Below, in pieces: positions 9,586 through 18,766 of a DNA stretch of 64,000 nt. The stretch lies in assembly GCA_964431835.1 (NCBI GenBank), contig CAYSKO010000007.1, positions 8,997 to 72,996 on the forward strand. The letters are read 5' to 3'. The translations under genes were made by a program, and so were the position numbers. The first letter of the stretch is position 1, and the number at the start of each line of letters is the position of its first letter. The notes under the pieces were generated by a model, which was not told the DNA's origin, ran no database searches, and was given only the letters and a program-made list of their open reading frames with translations. The DNA comes from an uncultured Planctomycetia bacterium. GTDB taxonomy: Bacteria > Omnitrophota > Gorgyraeia > 2-02-FULL-51-18.

Positions 9586-11484
9586 ATGGCTGAAAAAATC
9601 ATCGGTATCGATCTCGGCACCACGAATTCGTGCGTCGCCGTCATGCAGGGCGGGGAACCCGTTGTCATTCCGAACGCAGAAGGCGGCCGGACCACGCCGT
9701 CCGTCGTCGGTTTCGCGAAGAACGGCGAGCGTCTCGTCGGGCAGGCCGCGAAACGCCAGGCGATCACGAACCCGGAGAACACGATCTTCTCCATCAAGCG
9801 TTTCATGGGTCGCAAACACGGCGAAGTACTCGGCGAAGAGAAGCTCGTCCCTTACAAGATCGTCGAGGCGAAGTCCGGCGACGTGCGCGTGAAGGCGGGG
9901 AACGGTGAATTCTCTCCGCCGGAAATCTCCGCGCTCATCCTTCAGAAGATGAAGCAGACCGCGGAAGATTATCTGGGCCACAAGGTGACGAAGGCCGTCA
10001 TCACCGTGCCCGCTTATTTCAACGACTCGCAGCGCCAGGCCACGAAGGACGCGGGCAAGATCGCCGGTCTCGAGGTGCTCCGCATCATCAACGAGCCCAC
10101 CGCGGCCGCGCTCGCGTACGGACTCGACAAAAAGAAAAATGAGAAGATCGCCGTGTACGATCTTGGCGGCGGTACGTTCGACATCTCGATCCTCGAGATC
10201 GGCGACGGCGTCTTCGAAGTCCGCTCGACCAACGGCGACACGCATTTAGGCGGCGACGACTTCGACCAGCGCGTGATGGACTGGATCGCCGACGAATTCA
10301 GGAAGGCCGAAGGCATCGACTTGCGCAAGGACCGCATGGCTCTCCAGCGCTTGAAGGAAGCGGCCGAGCGCGCGAAGATCGAGCTTTCGAGCAACATGCA
10401 GACCGAAATCAACCTCCCGTTCGTCACGGCGGACGCCTCCGGGCCGAAGCATCTGACGATGACGCTTTCGCGTTCCAAGTTCGAGCAGCTCGTGGACGAT
10501 CTCGTCCAGAAGACGCTCGAGCCGTGCAGGAAAGCGCTCAGCGATGCGAAGCTGAAGGCGGAGGAAGTGGATGAGGTCGTCCTGGTCGGCGGCATGACCC
10601 GCATGCCGAAGGTCCAGGAGGTCGTGAAGCAGCTCTTCAAGAAAGAGCCGCACAAGGGCGTGAACCCGGACGAGGTCGTCGCGATCGGCGCGGCCATCCA
10701 GGGCGGCGTCCTGGTCGGCGACGTGAAGGACGTGCTTCTCCTCGACGTGACCCCGCTCTCGCTCGGCATCGAGACGCTCGGCGGCGTAAACACGAAGCTC
10801 ATCGAGCGCAACACCACGATCCCGACAAAAAAAAGCCAGGTCTTCTCGACCGCGGCGGACAACCAGAACGCCGTCTCGATCCACGTCCTCCAGGGCGAGC
10901 GAGAGATCGCGTCCGGAAACCGCACGCTCGGCCGGTTCGACCTGGTCGGCATTCCGCCAGCGCCGCGCGGCGTGCCTCAGATCGAAGTCGCGTTCGACAT
11001 CGACGCGAACGGCATCGTGCACGTGTCGGCGAAAGACCTCGGCACGGGCAAAGAGCAGAAAATCCGTATCGAATCCTCGAGCGGCCTTTCGAAGGAAGAC
11101 ATCGAAAAGATGACCAAGGACGCCGAGGCGCACGCGGAAGAAGATAAAAAACGCCGCGAGGCGGTCGAGGCGCGCAACAAGCTCGACGGGCTCGTCTATC
11201 AAGTCGAGAAGTCGCTGAACGACGTGGGCGACAAGGTCGACGCCGGCGACCGCGAACGCGTTCAGAAGGCTCTTGGCGCCGCCAAGGAAGCGCTTGGCAA
11301 GGAAGACGTCGACGCGATCCTAGCCGCCGAGAAGGATCTCACCGCGGCTTCTCACAAGCTCGCGGAGGCCATGTATAAGCAGCAGGCGCCGGGCGCCGAG
11401 CAAGAATCCGGGGCAAACGGTTCGGCCGAGACGAAGGAAGACGTCGTCGACGCGGAATACAAGGTCGAGGACGAGAAGCAATAA
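9586..11484 (+). CDS. dnaK: Chaperone DnaK (Hsp70)
   Basis: [45 protein letters not shown]. Confidence 0.99.
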   Translation: MAEKIIGIDLGTTNSCVAVMQGGEPVVIPNAEGGRTTPSVVGFAKNGERLVGQAAKRQAITNPENTIFSIKRFMGRKHGEVLGEEKLVPYKIVEAKSGDVRVKAGNGEFSPPEISALILQKMKQTAEDYLGHKVTKAVITVPAYFNDSQRQATKDAGKIAGLEVLRIINEPTAAALAYGLDKKKNEKIAVYDLGGGTFDISILEIGDGVFEVRSTNGDTHLGGDDFDQRVMDWIADEFRKAEGIDLRKDRMALQRLKEAAERAKIELSSNMQTEINLPFVTADASGPKHLTMTLSRSKFEQLVDDLVQKTLEPCRKALSDAKLKAEEVDEVVLVGGMTRMPKVQEVVKQLFKKEPHKGVNPDEVVAIGAAIQGGVLVGDVKDVLLLDVTPLSLGIETLGGVNTKLIERNTTIPTKKSQVFSTAADNQNAVSIHVLQGEREIASGNRTLGRFDLVGIPPAPRGVPQIEVAFDIDANGIVHVSAKDLGTGKEQKIRIESSSGLSKEDIEKMTKDAEAHAEEDKKRREAVEARNKLDGLVYQVEKSLNDVGDKVDAGDRERVQKALGAAKEALGKEDVDAILAAEKDLTAASHKLAEAMYKQQAPGAEQESGANGSAETKEDVVDAEYKVEDEKQ

Positions 11485-11510
11485 TCCCGGAAGGAACTGC
11501 TGGGAATTCG

Positions 11511-11546
11511 AGCGTATAGCGGGTAAAATCCGCTATACGCTTTTTT
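11511..11546 (+). terminator. Intrinsic terminator between dnaK and dnaJ
   Basis: 12-bp perfect stem AGCGTATAGCGG/CCGCTATACGCT, 7-nt loop, followed by a T run. Confidence 0.8.
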
Positions 11547-11562
11547 CAATACGAAGGAAACG

Positions 11563-12666
11563 ATGGCTCAGAAAAGAGATTATTACGAGATTCTCGGCAT
11601 CGGGAAGCAGGCTTCGCCGGAAGAGCTGAAGAGCGCTTACCGCAAGGCCGCGATCCAGCACCATCCCGACAAGAATCAGGGCGACAAGAAAGCCGAAGAG
11701 CGTTTCAAGGAAGCTACCGAGGCGTACCAGGTGTTGTCGGACCCGCAGAAGCGCGAAGCGTACAACCGCTACGGCCACGAAGGCGTGCGCGGGGCGGGCG
11801 GTCCCGGTTTCGGCGCGGCTGGTTTCGAGGACATCTTCGGCGACATCTTCGAAGATTTCTTCGGAGGCTCGCGCCGCCGGCGCGGCCCCCAGCGCGGCGG
11901 CGATCTGCAGGTCGAGGTCGAGATCTCGTTCGAGCAAGCCGCGTTCGGAGTCGAAAAGGAAGTGGGCCTGCGTCGCGAGGAATCCTGCAGCGCCTGTAAG
12001 GGAAGCGGAGCGAAAGACGGCACGGCCCAAACCACCTGCGCGACCTGCCGCGGCACGGGCCAGATCGTAGCCTCAAGCGGTTTTTTCAGCGTCGCCCGTC
12101 CCTGCCCGCGTTGCCACGGACGCGGAACGTTCATCGAAGAGCCGTGCGACCCGTGCGGCGGCGACGGCCGCGTCACGGCGGACCGGAAGGTGAAGCTCAA
12201 GATTCCCGCCGGCGTCGACAACGGCATCCGCCTGCGCATGACGGGCGAGGGCGAGGCCGGCACGCAGGGCGGCCCACGCGGCGATCTTTACGTGGATCTT
12301 TTCGTTCGGGCGCACGAGATCTTCACGCGCCGGGGCACGACGCTCGTCTGCGAGGCGCCGATCAGCTTCGTACAGGCTGCTCTAGGGGCGGAGATCGACG
12401 TTCCGACGCTCGAGGGCACGACGGCGCTCAAGATCCCGGTCGGCACCCAGCCGGGAAAAATATTCAAGTTGAAGGGTAAGGGACTCGCCTCGCTGGACGG
12501 CCGCGGCCTCGGCGACATGGAAGTGCACGTCGTCGTCGAGACGCCGACGCACCTTTCGGACAAGCAGAAGGACCTTCTCAAGCAATTCGCCGCGCTGTCG
12601 GGCGAGAAGGTGAATCCCTTGTCTGCGTCGTTCGTGAACAAGATGAAGGAACTGTTCAAGAAATAA
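11563..12666 (+). CDS. dnaJ: Chaperone DnaJ
   Basis: J domain with HPD, G/F region, four CxxCxGxG repeats. Confidence 0.98.
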   Translation: MAQKRDYYEILGIGKQASPEELKSAYRKAAIQHHPDKNQGDKKAEERFKEATEAYQVLSDPQKREAYNRYGHEGVRGAGGPGFGAAGFEDIFGDIFEDFFGGSRRRRGPQRGGDLQVEVEISFEQAAFGVEKEVGLRREESCSACKGSGAKDGTAQTTCATCRGTGQIVASSGFFSVARPCPRCHGRGTFIEEPCDPCGGDGRVTADRKVKLKIPAGVDNGIRLRMTGEGEAGTQGGPRGDLYVDLFVRAHEIFTRRGTTLVCEAPISFVQAALGAEIDVPTLEGTTALKIPVGTQPGKIFKLKGKGLASLDGRGLGDMEVHVVVETPTHLSDKQKDLLKQFAALSGEKVNPLSASFVNKMKELFKK

Positions 12667-12684
12667 CCGAAAAGGAAGAAGCGA

Positions 12685-12957
12685 ATGCCCACTTACGAAT
12701 ACCGCTGCGAGAAATGCCGCAAGAAGTTCGAGCTCCTCCAGCGTATGTCCGAGCCGCCGGTCAAGAAGTGCCCGCTGTGCGGGGGCGGCAAGGTCGAGCG
12801 CCTGATCGGTGCCGGCGCCGGACTCATCTTCAAGGGCAGCGGCTTTTACATCACCGACTACAAGAAGCCCTCCGCTTCCGACGCGGCCAAAAAGTCCAAG
12901 GACGAAAAACCGAAGGAATCCAAGGAAACGAAGAAGCCTTCGAAATCCAATGACTGA
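12685..12957 (+). CDS. FmdB-family zinc-ribbon protein
   Basis: MPTYEYRCEKC..CPLCG..FKGSGFYITDY. Confidence 0.9.
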   Translation: MPTYEYRCEKCRKKFELLQRMSEPPVKKCPLCGGGKVERLIGAGAGLIFKGSGFYITDYKKPSASDAAKKSKDEKPKESKETKKPSKSND

Positions 12958-13336
12958 GCGCGCGCGCGCGTGGTGCGCGGTTGTCGTTTGGGGAGCTTTT
13001 ATCTTCGGGGTCTCCTCTTTCCCGCGCCTCCATGTCGCGCCGGCTCCGTGGATGAAGTATCAGCCGGATAAGATCTTCCATTTCCTCGAGTACACGATTT
13101 TCGGGTATTTCTTGACGCGTGCATTTTGGCTGACGTACAATTTCCGCTCGACTCTCGCGCTCGCGCTCGCGACGTTCGCCGCGGGCACCCTGTACAGCGT
13201 GTCGGACGAGTGGCACCAAAAGTTCATACCGGGCCGGCATTCGGACCCGATGGACGTGGCCGCGGACGCGCTGGGCGTCGCTGCCGGAACATACATCCTG
13301 CTCAAGAAGACGAAAGGCTCCGCCCCTCATGCCTGA
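12950..13336 (+). CDS. VanZ-family membrane protein
   Basis: DKIFHFLEY, SDEWHQKFIPGR, DVAAD motifs; ATG at 12950. Confidence 0.88.
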   Translation: MTERARAWCAVVVWGAFIFGVSSFPRLHVAPAPWMKYQPDKIFHFLEYTIFGYFLTRAFWLTYNFRSTLALALATFAAGTLYSVSDEWHQKFIPGRHSDPMDVAADALGVAAGTYILLKKTKGSAPHA

Positions 13337-14585
13337 GATTCGAGCGTTCCGTGCCTGGCGTTACGATGAACGGAAGACTTCCGACCCCGCACGTCTTTTC
13401 GCGCCCCCGTACGACGTCATCTCGAAAAAACAGCAGAAGGCGCTCTACTCGGCTGATCCGCACAACGTGATCCGCTTGGAACTCGGCGAAGAAAAGCCCG
13501 GCGACTCCGCGCGCGACAACAAGTACGTGCGTGCCGCCCGCTACCTCGGCCAGTGGAAGGGAGCCGGCGTCCTCACTCAGGAAAACGCGCCCTCCCTTTA
13601 CGTCTACGTGCAGGACTACAAGGAGGAAGGGGTGAAGCGCACCCGCCACGGCTTCTTCGCCGCGATGAAGATCGACGAGAAGGCCGTCAAAAAACACGAG
13701 AACACGCTCGCGGGCCCGAAGAAGGACCGCCTCGCGCTCCTTAAGGAAACCAAGACGAACCTGAGCCCGATCTTCGGCCTTTTCGAGGATTCGACGTCCG
13801 AAATCCAAAAGCTCTTGAAGGAAGGTGCGAACTCGAAGCCGGTGTACGACGTCACCGTCGATGGCGTCCGTCACCGCCTGTACGTCGAGACCGACCCCAA
13901 GCGCATCGCGCGGCTTGCGGCCCTCATGAAGAAGAAGCCGATGTTCATCGCCGACGGCCATCACCGCTTCGAAGTCGCCTGCCAGTACAAGAAGCTCGCG
14001 GGTAAAGGCGCCGCCGGCTGGGTCATGACCTATTTCGCCGACTGCCGCAACAATCCGTTCACGATCTGGCCCACGCACCGCCTCGTGAAGTTTCCGACCT
14101 CGATGAAGGACGCGCCGTCCGCGCTCTCCCGCCTGGGGGATGTGGAGCGCGTGTCGAAGCTCGACGCCGTCCTCGAAGCGCTCGCTGAAAGCCGTGAGGA
14201 AGCCCGGGACAAACGCTACTCGTTCGGGTTCTACTCGAAGAAGAGCGGCTACCTCCTCCTCACGCTCGACGACGCGCTCGCGCAAAAGGTGAAGAGGAAC
14301 CCCGTGGATTCGCTGGACGTCTCGGTGCTCCATAAGTTCGTGATCGAGCCCGTATTCAAGATATCGAAGATCGAGAAGTCCGAAGCGATCGACTTCACGC
14401 GCGACGCGCGCGAGGCCGTCGCACGCGTGAACGCGGGCGAGCTCGACGGAGCGCTCTTCCTCCGACCCACGTCGCTCGGCGAGATGATCCTCGCTTCGAA
14501 GAAGGGTCTCAAGATGCCTCAGAAGTCGACCTACTTCTACCCGAAACTTCTTTCGGGACTCGTGTTCCACTCGCTCGAAGGCTAA
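13329..14585 (+). CDS. DUF1015 family protein
   Basis: APPYDVIS, HENT, IADGHHR, MPQKSTYFYPKLLSGL. Confidence 0.9.
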   Translation: MPEIRAFRAWRYDERKTSDPARLFAPPYDVISKKQQKALYSADPHNVIRLELGEEKPGDSARDNKYVRAARYLGQWKGAGVLTQENAPSLYVYVQDYKEEGVKRTRHGFFAAMKIDEKAVKKHENTLAGPKKDRLALLKETKTNLSPIFGLFEDSTSEIQKLLKEGANSKPVYDVTVDGVRHRLYVETDPKRIARLAALMKKKPMFIADGHHRFEVACQYKKLAGKGAAGWVMTYFADCRNNPFTIWPTHRLVKFPTSMKDAPSALSRLGDVERVSKLDAVLEALAESREEARDKRYSFGFYSKKSGYLLLTLDDALAQKVKRNPVDSLDVSVLHKFVIEPVFKISKIEKSEAIDFTRDAREAVARVNAGELDGALFLRPTSLGEMILASKKGLKMPQKSTYFYPKLLSGLVFHSLEG

Positions 14586-14587
14586 AA

Positions 14588-15301
14588 ATGCACAAACCGC
14601 GCTCGCTCACTTCGTTGTCGCTCTTTTTCCCGTGCTACAACGAGAAAGAGAACGTCGGCACCATGATCGAGCAGGCCATCGAGGTGGGGGAAACCTACGG
14701 CGTCGACTACGAGGTGATCGTCGTCGACGACGGCAGCCGCGACGGCTCGGCCGAGATCGTGAAGAAGTGGTCCGAGAAGAACGCGCGCGTGCGCTTGGTG
14801 GCCCACGAGCGCAACATGGGCTACGGCGCCGCTCTGCGTACGGGCTTGGCCGCCGCTGAGAAGGACCTCGTTTTCCTGACCGACGGCGACAACCAGTTCC
14901 GTCTGGCCGACATCGAGAAGCTGTTTTCGAAGATCGACGGCTGCGACGTGGTCACGGGATACCGCATCCAGCGCCGCGACGACGCCCGGCGCGTGATCCA
15001 AGGGCGGCTCTGGACCTCGCTCAATCGCACGCTCTTTGGCCTCAAGGTCCGCGACGTCGACTGCGCGTTCAAGCTCTTCCGCAAGAAGGCCTTAAAGGAC
15101 CTGCGTCTCGAGTCGAACCAGCTTCTGATTCACGCCGAGATCCTGGCGAGGCTCCAGCGTAAGGGCTTTCGGATCGAGGAGATAGGCGTCACGCATTACG
15201 CCCGGACCGCCGGAAAGCCGAGCGCGACAGGCCTTTCGCGCATCCTGAAGACCTTCTTCGAGCTTTTCCGGCTTTGGGGCCGAATCCGCTCCGAAAAGTG
15301 A
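14588..15301 (+). CDS. Glycosyltransferase family 2 (DPM1-like)
   Basis: PCYNE, VVDDGSRDGS, NMGYGAAL, DGDNQ, DVDCAFKL. Confidence 0.9.
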   Translation: MHKPRSLTSLSLFFPCYNEKENVGTMIEQAIEVGETYGVDYEVIVVDDGSRDGSAEIVKKWSEKNARVRLVAHERNMGYGAALRTGLAAAEKDLVFLTDGDNQFRLADIEKLFSKIDGCDVVTGYRIQRRDDARRVIQGRLWTSLNRTLFGLKVRDVDCAFKLFRKKALKDLRLESNQLLIHAEILARLQRKGFRIEEIGVTHYARTAGKPSATGLSRILKTFFELFRLWGRIRSEK

Positions 15302-15303
15302 CC

Positions 15304-15351
15304 GCGGCGCCCCCGATTCCCGTTGAATCGGGGGCCCGCTTATGTTAAGAT
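15304..15351 (+). promoter_or_regulatory. Palindrome overlapping the putative accD promoter
   Basis: 11-bp inverted repeat GCCCCCGATTC/GAATCGGGGGC (15309-15335); TTGAAT (15323-15328), 17 bp, TAAGAT (15346-15351). Confidence 0.5.
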
Positions 15352-15362
15352 TCACGGATACC

Positions 15363-16211
15363 ATGCCCTTCGACACCAAACTAAAAGTCAACACGATCCG
15401 CATCCTCCGGCGACGGGATATTCCCGAAGGGCTTTGGACGAAGTGCGAGGAATGCGGCGAGATCATCTACAACAAGACCCTGGAGGAAGACGCCAAGGTC
15501 TGTCCGAAGTGCGACTATCACTTCACCCTCTCGGCTCCCGAGCGCGTTGCCCAACTCACCGACGAAGGCACGTTCCAGGAATTCTTCTCCGAAGTCCGCT
15601 CCGGCGATCCTCTCAAGTTCAAGGGCCCCAAGTCGTACGTCGCCAAGATCAAGGAAGATCAGACCGCGACCGGCCTTACCGACGCGGTCGTCACCGGCGT
15701 CGGCCAGGTGAACGGCACCAAGCTCGCTCTCGGCGTCACGGATTCGCGTTTCATCATGGGCTCGATGGGCTCCGTGGTGGGTGAGCGCCTCACGCGTCTC
15801 ATCGAGAAGGCCACCGCCGAAAAGCTTCCGGTCGTTATTGTCTCGGGCTCAGGCGGCGGCGCGCGCATGTACGAAGGCATGTTCTCGCTCATGCAGATGG
15901 CTAAGACCTCACAGGCGCTCGCCAAGCTCCACGAGGCCGGCGGCCTCTTCATCTCGGTGCTTACGAATCCGACGATGGCCGGCGTCATGGCGAGCTTCGC
16001 TTCGCTCGGTGATCTCATCGTAGCAGAACCAAAGGCGCTCATCGGTTTCACCGGTCCGCGCGTCATCGAACAGACGATCCGCCAGAAACTGCCCGAAGGT
16101 TTCCAGACTTCCGAATTTCTCCTTGAGCATGGCATGATCGACAAGATCATCCACCGCCGTCAGCTCAAAGGCGCTCTTCACCAGTACATCAACTTTTTCA
16201 ACCGTTCGTAG
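15363..16211 (+). CDS. accD: Acetyl-CoA carboxylase carboxyltransferase beta subunit
   Basis: LWTKCEEC..VCPKC zinc finger, GSMGSVVGE, GGARMYEG, GPRVIEQT; start 15363 preferred over 15342. Confidence 0.96.
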   Translation: MPFDTKLKVNTIRILRRRDIPEGLWTKCEECGEIIYNKTLEEDAKVCPKCDYHFTLSAPERVAQLTDEGTFQEFFSEVRSGDPLKFKGPKSYVAKIKEDQTATGLTDAVVTGVGQVNGTKLALGVTDSRFIMGSMGSVVGERLTRLIEKATAEKLPVVIVSGSGGGARMYEGMFSLMQMAKTSQALAKLHEAGGLFISVLTNPTMAGVMASFASLGDLIVAEPKALIGFTGPRVIEQTIRQKLPEGFQTSEFLLEHGMIDKIIHRRQLKGALHQYINFFNRS

Positions 16212-16220
16212 GAGACAGGG

Positions 16221-17324
16221 ATGCCCCAAGTTCGCCTGGTGAACGTGAAGAAAGTCTATTCCGGCAACATCACCGCCGTGCAGGACGTGTCACTCGACAT
16301 CGAGCGCCGCGAATTCGTCGTGTTCGTCGGCCCGTCGGGCTGCGGTAAAACAACAACGCTCCGCATGATCGCCGGCCTCGAGGACATCTCGGGCGGCAAG
16401 ATCTACATCAACGATAAAGTCGTCAACGACATTCCGCCGAAAGACCGCGACATCGCGATGGTGTTCCAGAATTACGCGCTCTACCCGCACATGACCGTGT
16501 TCCAGAACATGGCGTTCGCGCTGAAGCTCCGTAAATACCCGAAGGACGAGATCCAAAAGCGCGTCAGCGAAGCGGCGGAGATCCTTGGCATCGAGAAGCT
16601 TCTCGACCGCAAGCCGAAGGAACTCTCCGGCGGCCAGCGCCAGCGCGTGGCGCTCGGACGCGCGATCGTCCGCAAGCCGCACGTGTTCCTCTTCGACGAG
16701 CCGCTCTCGAACCTCGACGCCAAGATGCGCGTTCAGATGCGCACCGAGATCAAAAAGCTCCACCAGCGCCTGCAGGCGACGATCATTTACGTCACGCACG
16801 ACCAGACCGAAGCCCTCACGATGGGCGACCGCATCGTCGTCATGAAAGACGGCGTGATCCAGCAGCTGGCCGACCCGCTCAACCTCTACGAGCGCCCGGT
16901 GAACAAGTTCGTGGCGAGCTTCATCGGTAGCCCGCCGATGAATTTCCTGAACGGCCAGGTCATCCGTTTGGACGGCAAGCTTTACTTCCAAAACGGCCCC
17001 TTCAAGGTCCGTATCAACGACGCGATGGGCCCGAAGCTCGCCGAATACGTGAACAAGGAAGTGGTTTTCGGCATCCGCGCCGAGGATATCTACGACAAAC
17101 TTTTCACGTCGGCCGCCTCGCCGGACAACACCGTCCGCGCGACCTGCGAAGTCGTCGAGCCCATGGGCGCCGAGGCGTACCTTTACCTCCGCTGTGGCCC
17201 GAACCAGTTCATCGCGCGCGTGTCGGGCCACATCCGCCCCGGCGTGAATCAGGACTTGGACCTCGTGTTCGATATGGGCCAGGCGCACTTCTTCGACAAG
17301 AATACCGAAAAGACGATTCTTTAA
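16221..17324 (+). CDS. Sugar ABC transporter ATP-binding subunit (MalK/UgpC/MsmX family)
   Basis: GPSGCGKT, LSGGQRQRVALGR, DEPLSNLDA, YVTHDQ, C-terminal TOBE region. Confidence 0.95.
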   Translation: MPQVRLVNVKKVYSGNITAVQDVSLDIERREFVVFVGPSGCGKTTTLRMIAGLEDISGGKIYINDKVVNDIPPKDRDIAMVFQNYALYPHMTVFQNMAFALKLRKYPKDEIQKRVSEAAEILGIEKLLDRKPKELSGGQRQRVALGRAIVRKPHVFLFDEPLSNLDAKMRVQMRTEIKKLHQRLQATIIYVTHDQTEALTMGDRIVVMKDGVIQQLADPLNLYERPVNKFVASFIGSPPMNFLNGQVIRLDGKLYFQNGPFKVRINDAMGPKLAEYVNKEVVFGIRAEDIYDKLFTSAASPDNTVRATCEVVEPMGAEAYLYLRCGPNQFIARVSGHIRPGVNQDLDLVFDMGQAHFFDKNTEKTIL

Positions 17325-17350
17325 GAAATAGTAGGAAAGGGAGGGGCCAG

Positions 17351-18766
17351 CTGCCGCCGTATTTCATCCCGATCCTCGCCTATCTTCTATGGCTGGCCGT
17401 CCTCGCGTCGCTTTTCCCGGTCTTTCGCCTCGATCTCCATCTCTCCGACCAATTCGTCGCCGCTCATTTCTTCCTTCTGCAGCTCGTGCTCGTATTCGCG
17501 TGGGCACTGTCCGGCCCCGGCGTGGCCGCGGTGCTCTCGGGTCTCGCGGCGATCGTCACGCTCTACCTCGCGCTCGGCGCCAAGGAGCCCGCGTTCTTCC
17601 TTCAGGTGCTCATCTTCGCCGGGCTCTTCGTCTTCATGGCATTCTATCTCCAGGCGATTCAGCAGCGTTATAAGGACAAGCAGATCGCGCGAGAGAAGCT
17701 CGCCGAAGATCTCCATCTCACCCGTAAGGAGATCGAGAAAAAGACGGCGCTGAAAGGCGCGCTCCGCCGAAAGATCGACCGGTTCCTCGACCTCGAACGC
17801 TTTTCGGAGCAGTTGAAGGAGGCTCAGGGCCTGGAAGCGGCCGCGAAGCTCATCGTCGAGGAGTCGTGCCGCGTGCTCGAGAAGGCCGACGAATGCGTAC
17901 TTTATCTGGTCGACGAGGATAAGCAGGAGCTTTCGCTGACCTCGACCGCTCCGGCGGCGCGGGGCCGCATGGAAAAGGCGGGACGGGTCTTCGACCAGTG
18001 GGTCATGAAGCGCTCGCAGGCCGTGATGATCGAGGACACGCGCGACGACTTCCGCTTCACCTCCGAGGCGAAGCCGGATCTGGACGACTGGCGCTCGGTT
18101 TGCGCCTCGCCGCTCGTCGTTGAGAACAAGGTCCTCGGCGTGATCCGCGCCAACTCCCTCAAGCCCCGTTGTTTCTCCGCGGACGACCTCCGTCTCTTAG
18201 ACGTGTTCGCCGGATTCGGCGCCGTCACGCTCCGTAACATCCTCCTTTACCGTACGGCCGAGGAGCTCGCCACGCGCGACGGTCTCACTGGCCTCTACGT
18301 GAAACGCCACTTCGAGGAGCGCTTGGCCGAGCTCGTCCGTGCGGCCGAGGCCGCCTCGGCGCCGTTCTGCGTCGTGCTTCTCGACATCGATCACTTCAAA
18401 CGCTACAACGACGAATACGGCCACTCGGCGGGGGATCTGGTCTTGAAGAACGTCGGGGGGATCGTGTCCGACGCCTGCGGTCCACGGGACACGGCGGCGC
18501 GTTACGGCGGCGAGGAATTCGTCGTGCTCCTGGCCGGACGCCCGAAGGGGTCGGGGCTCGAGGCCGCCGAAAAGCTGCGGCAGGAGATCGAAAAGGCCGT
18601 GTTCGTGCTGCGCCGCGCCGAGCGCCACGTGACGGCGTCCTTCGGGGTCGCTTCGTTCCCGGAAGACGGGCGCACGCCGCAGGATCTTCTTTGGGCCGCC
18701 GACAAGAACCTCTACGAAGCCAAGCATTCGGGAAGGAACCGCGTATGTGGCGCTACGTCGTCCTAA
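17351..18766 (+). CDS. Membrane GAF-GGDEF diguanylate cyclase (probable CTG start; first standard start 17486)
   Basis: Hydrophobic N-terminus, GAF region, DGLTGL, DIDHFKRYNDEYGH, RYGGEEF; frame open back to CTG 17351 preceded by GGAGG. Confidence 0.88.
   Translation: MPPYFIPILAYLLWLAVLASLFPVFRLDLHLSDQFVAAHFFLLQLVLVFAWALSGPGVAAVLSGLAAIVTLYLALGAKEPAFFLQVLIFAGLFVFMAFYLQAIQQRYKDKQIAREKLAEDLHLTRKEIEKKTALKGALRRKIDRFLDLERFSEQLKEAQGLEAAAKLIVEESCRVLEKADECVLYLVDEDKQELSLTSTAPAARGRMEKAGRVFDQWVMKRSQAVMIEDTRDDFRFTSEAKPDLDDWRSVCASPLVVENKVLGVIRANSLKPRCFSADDLRLLDVFAGFGAVTLRNILLYRTAEELATRDGLTGLYVKRHFEERLAELVRAAEAASAPFCVVLLDIDHFKRYNDEYGHSAGDLVLKNVGGIVSDACGPRDTAARYGGEEFVVLLAGRPKGSGLEAAEKLRQEIEKAVFVLRRAERHVTASFGVASFPEDGRTPQDLLWAADKNLYEAKHSGRNRVCGATSS

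Noticed and set aside
10826-10834. A8 run in dnaK as a slippage site
   Set aside because: Encodes the conserved T-K-K-S segment and the ORF is intact
9499-11202. Long antisense ORFs opposite dnaK
   Set aside because: Well-known shadow frames of high-GC dnaK genes; no independent motifs or start signals
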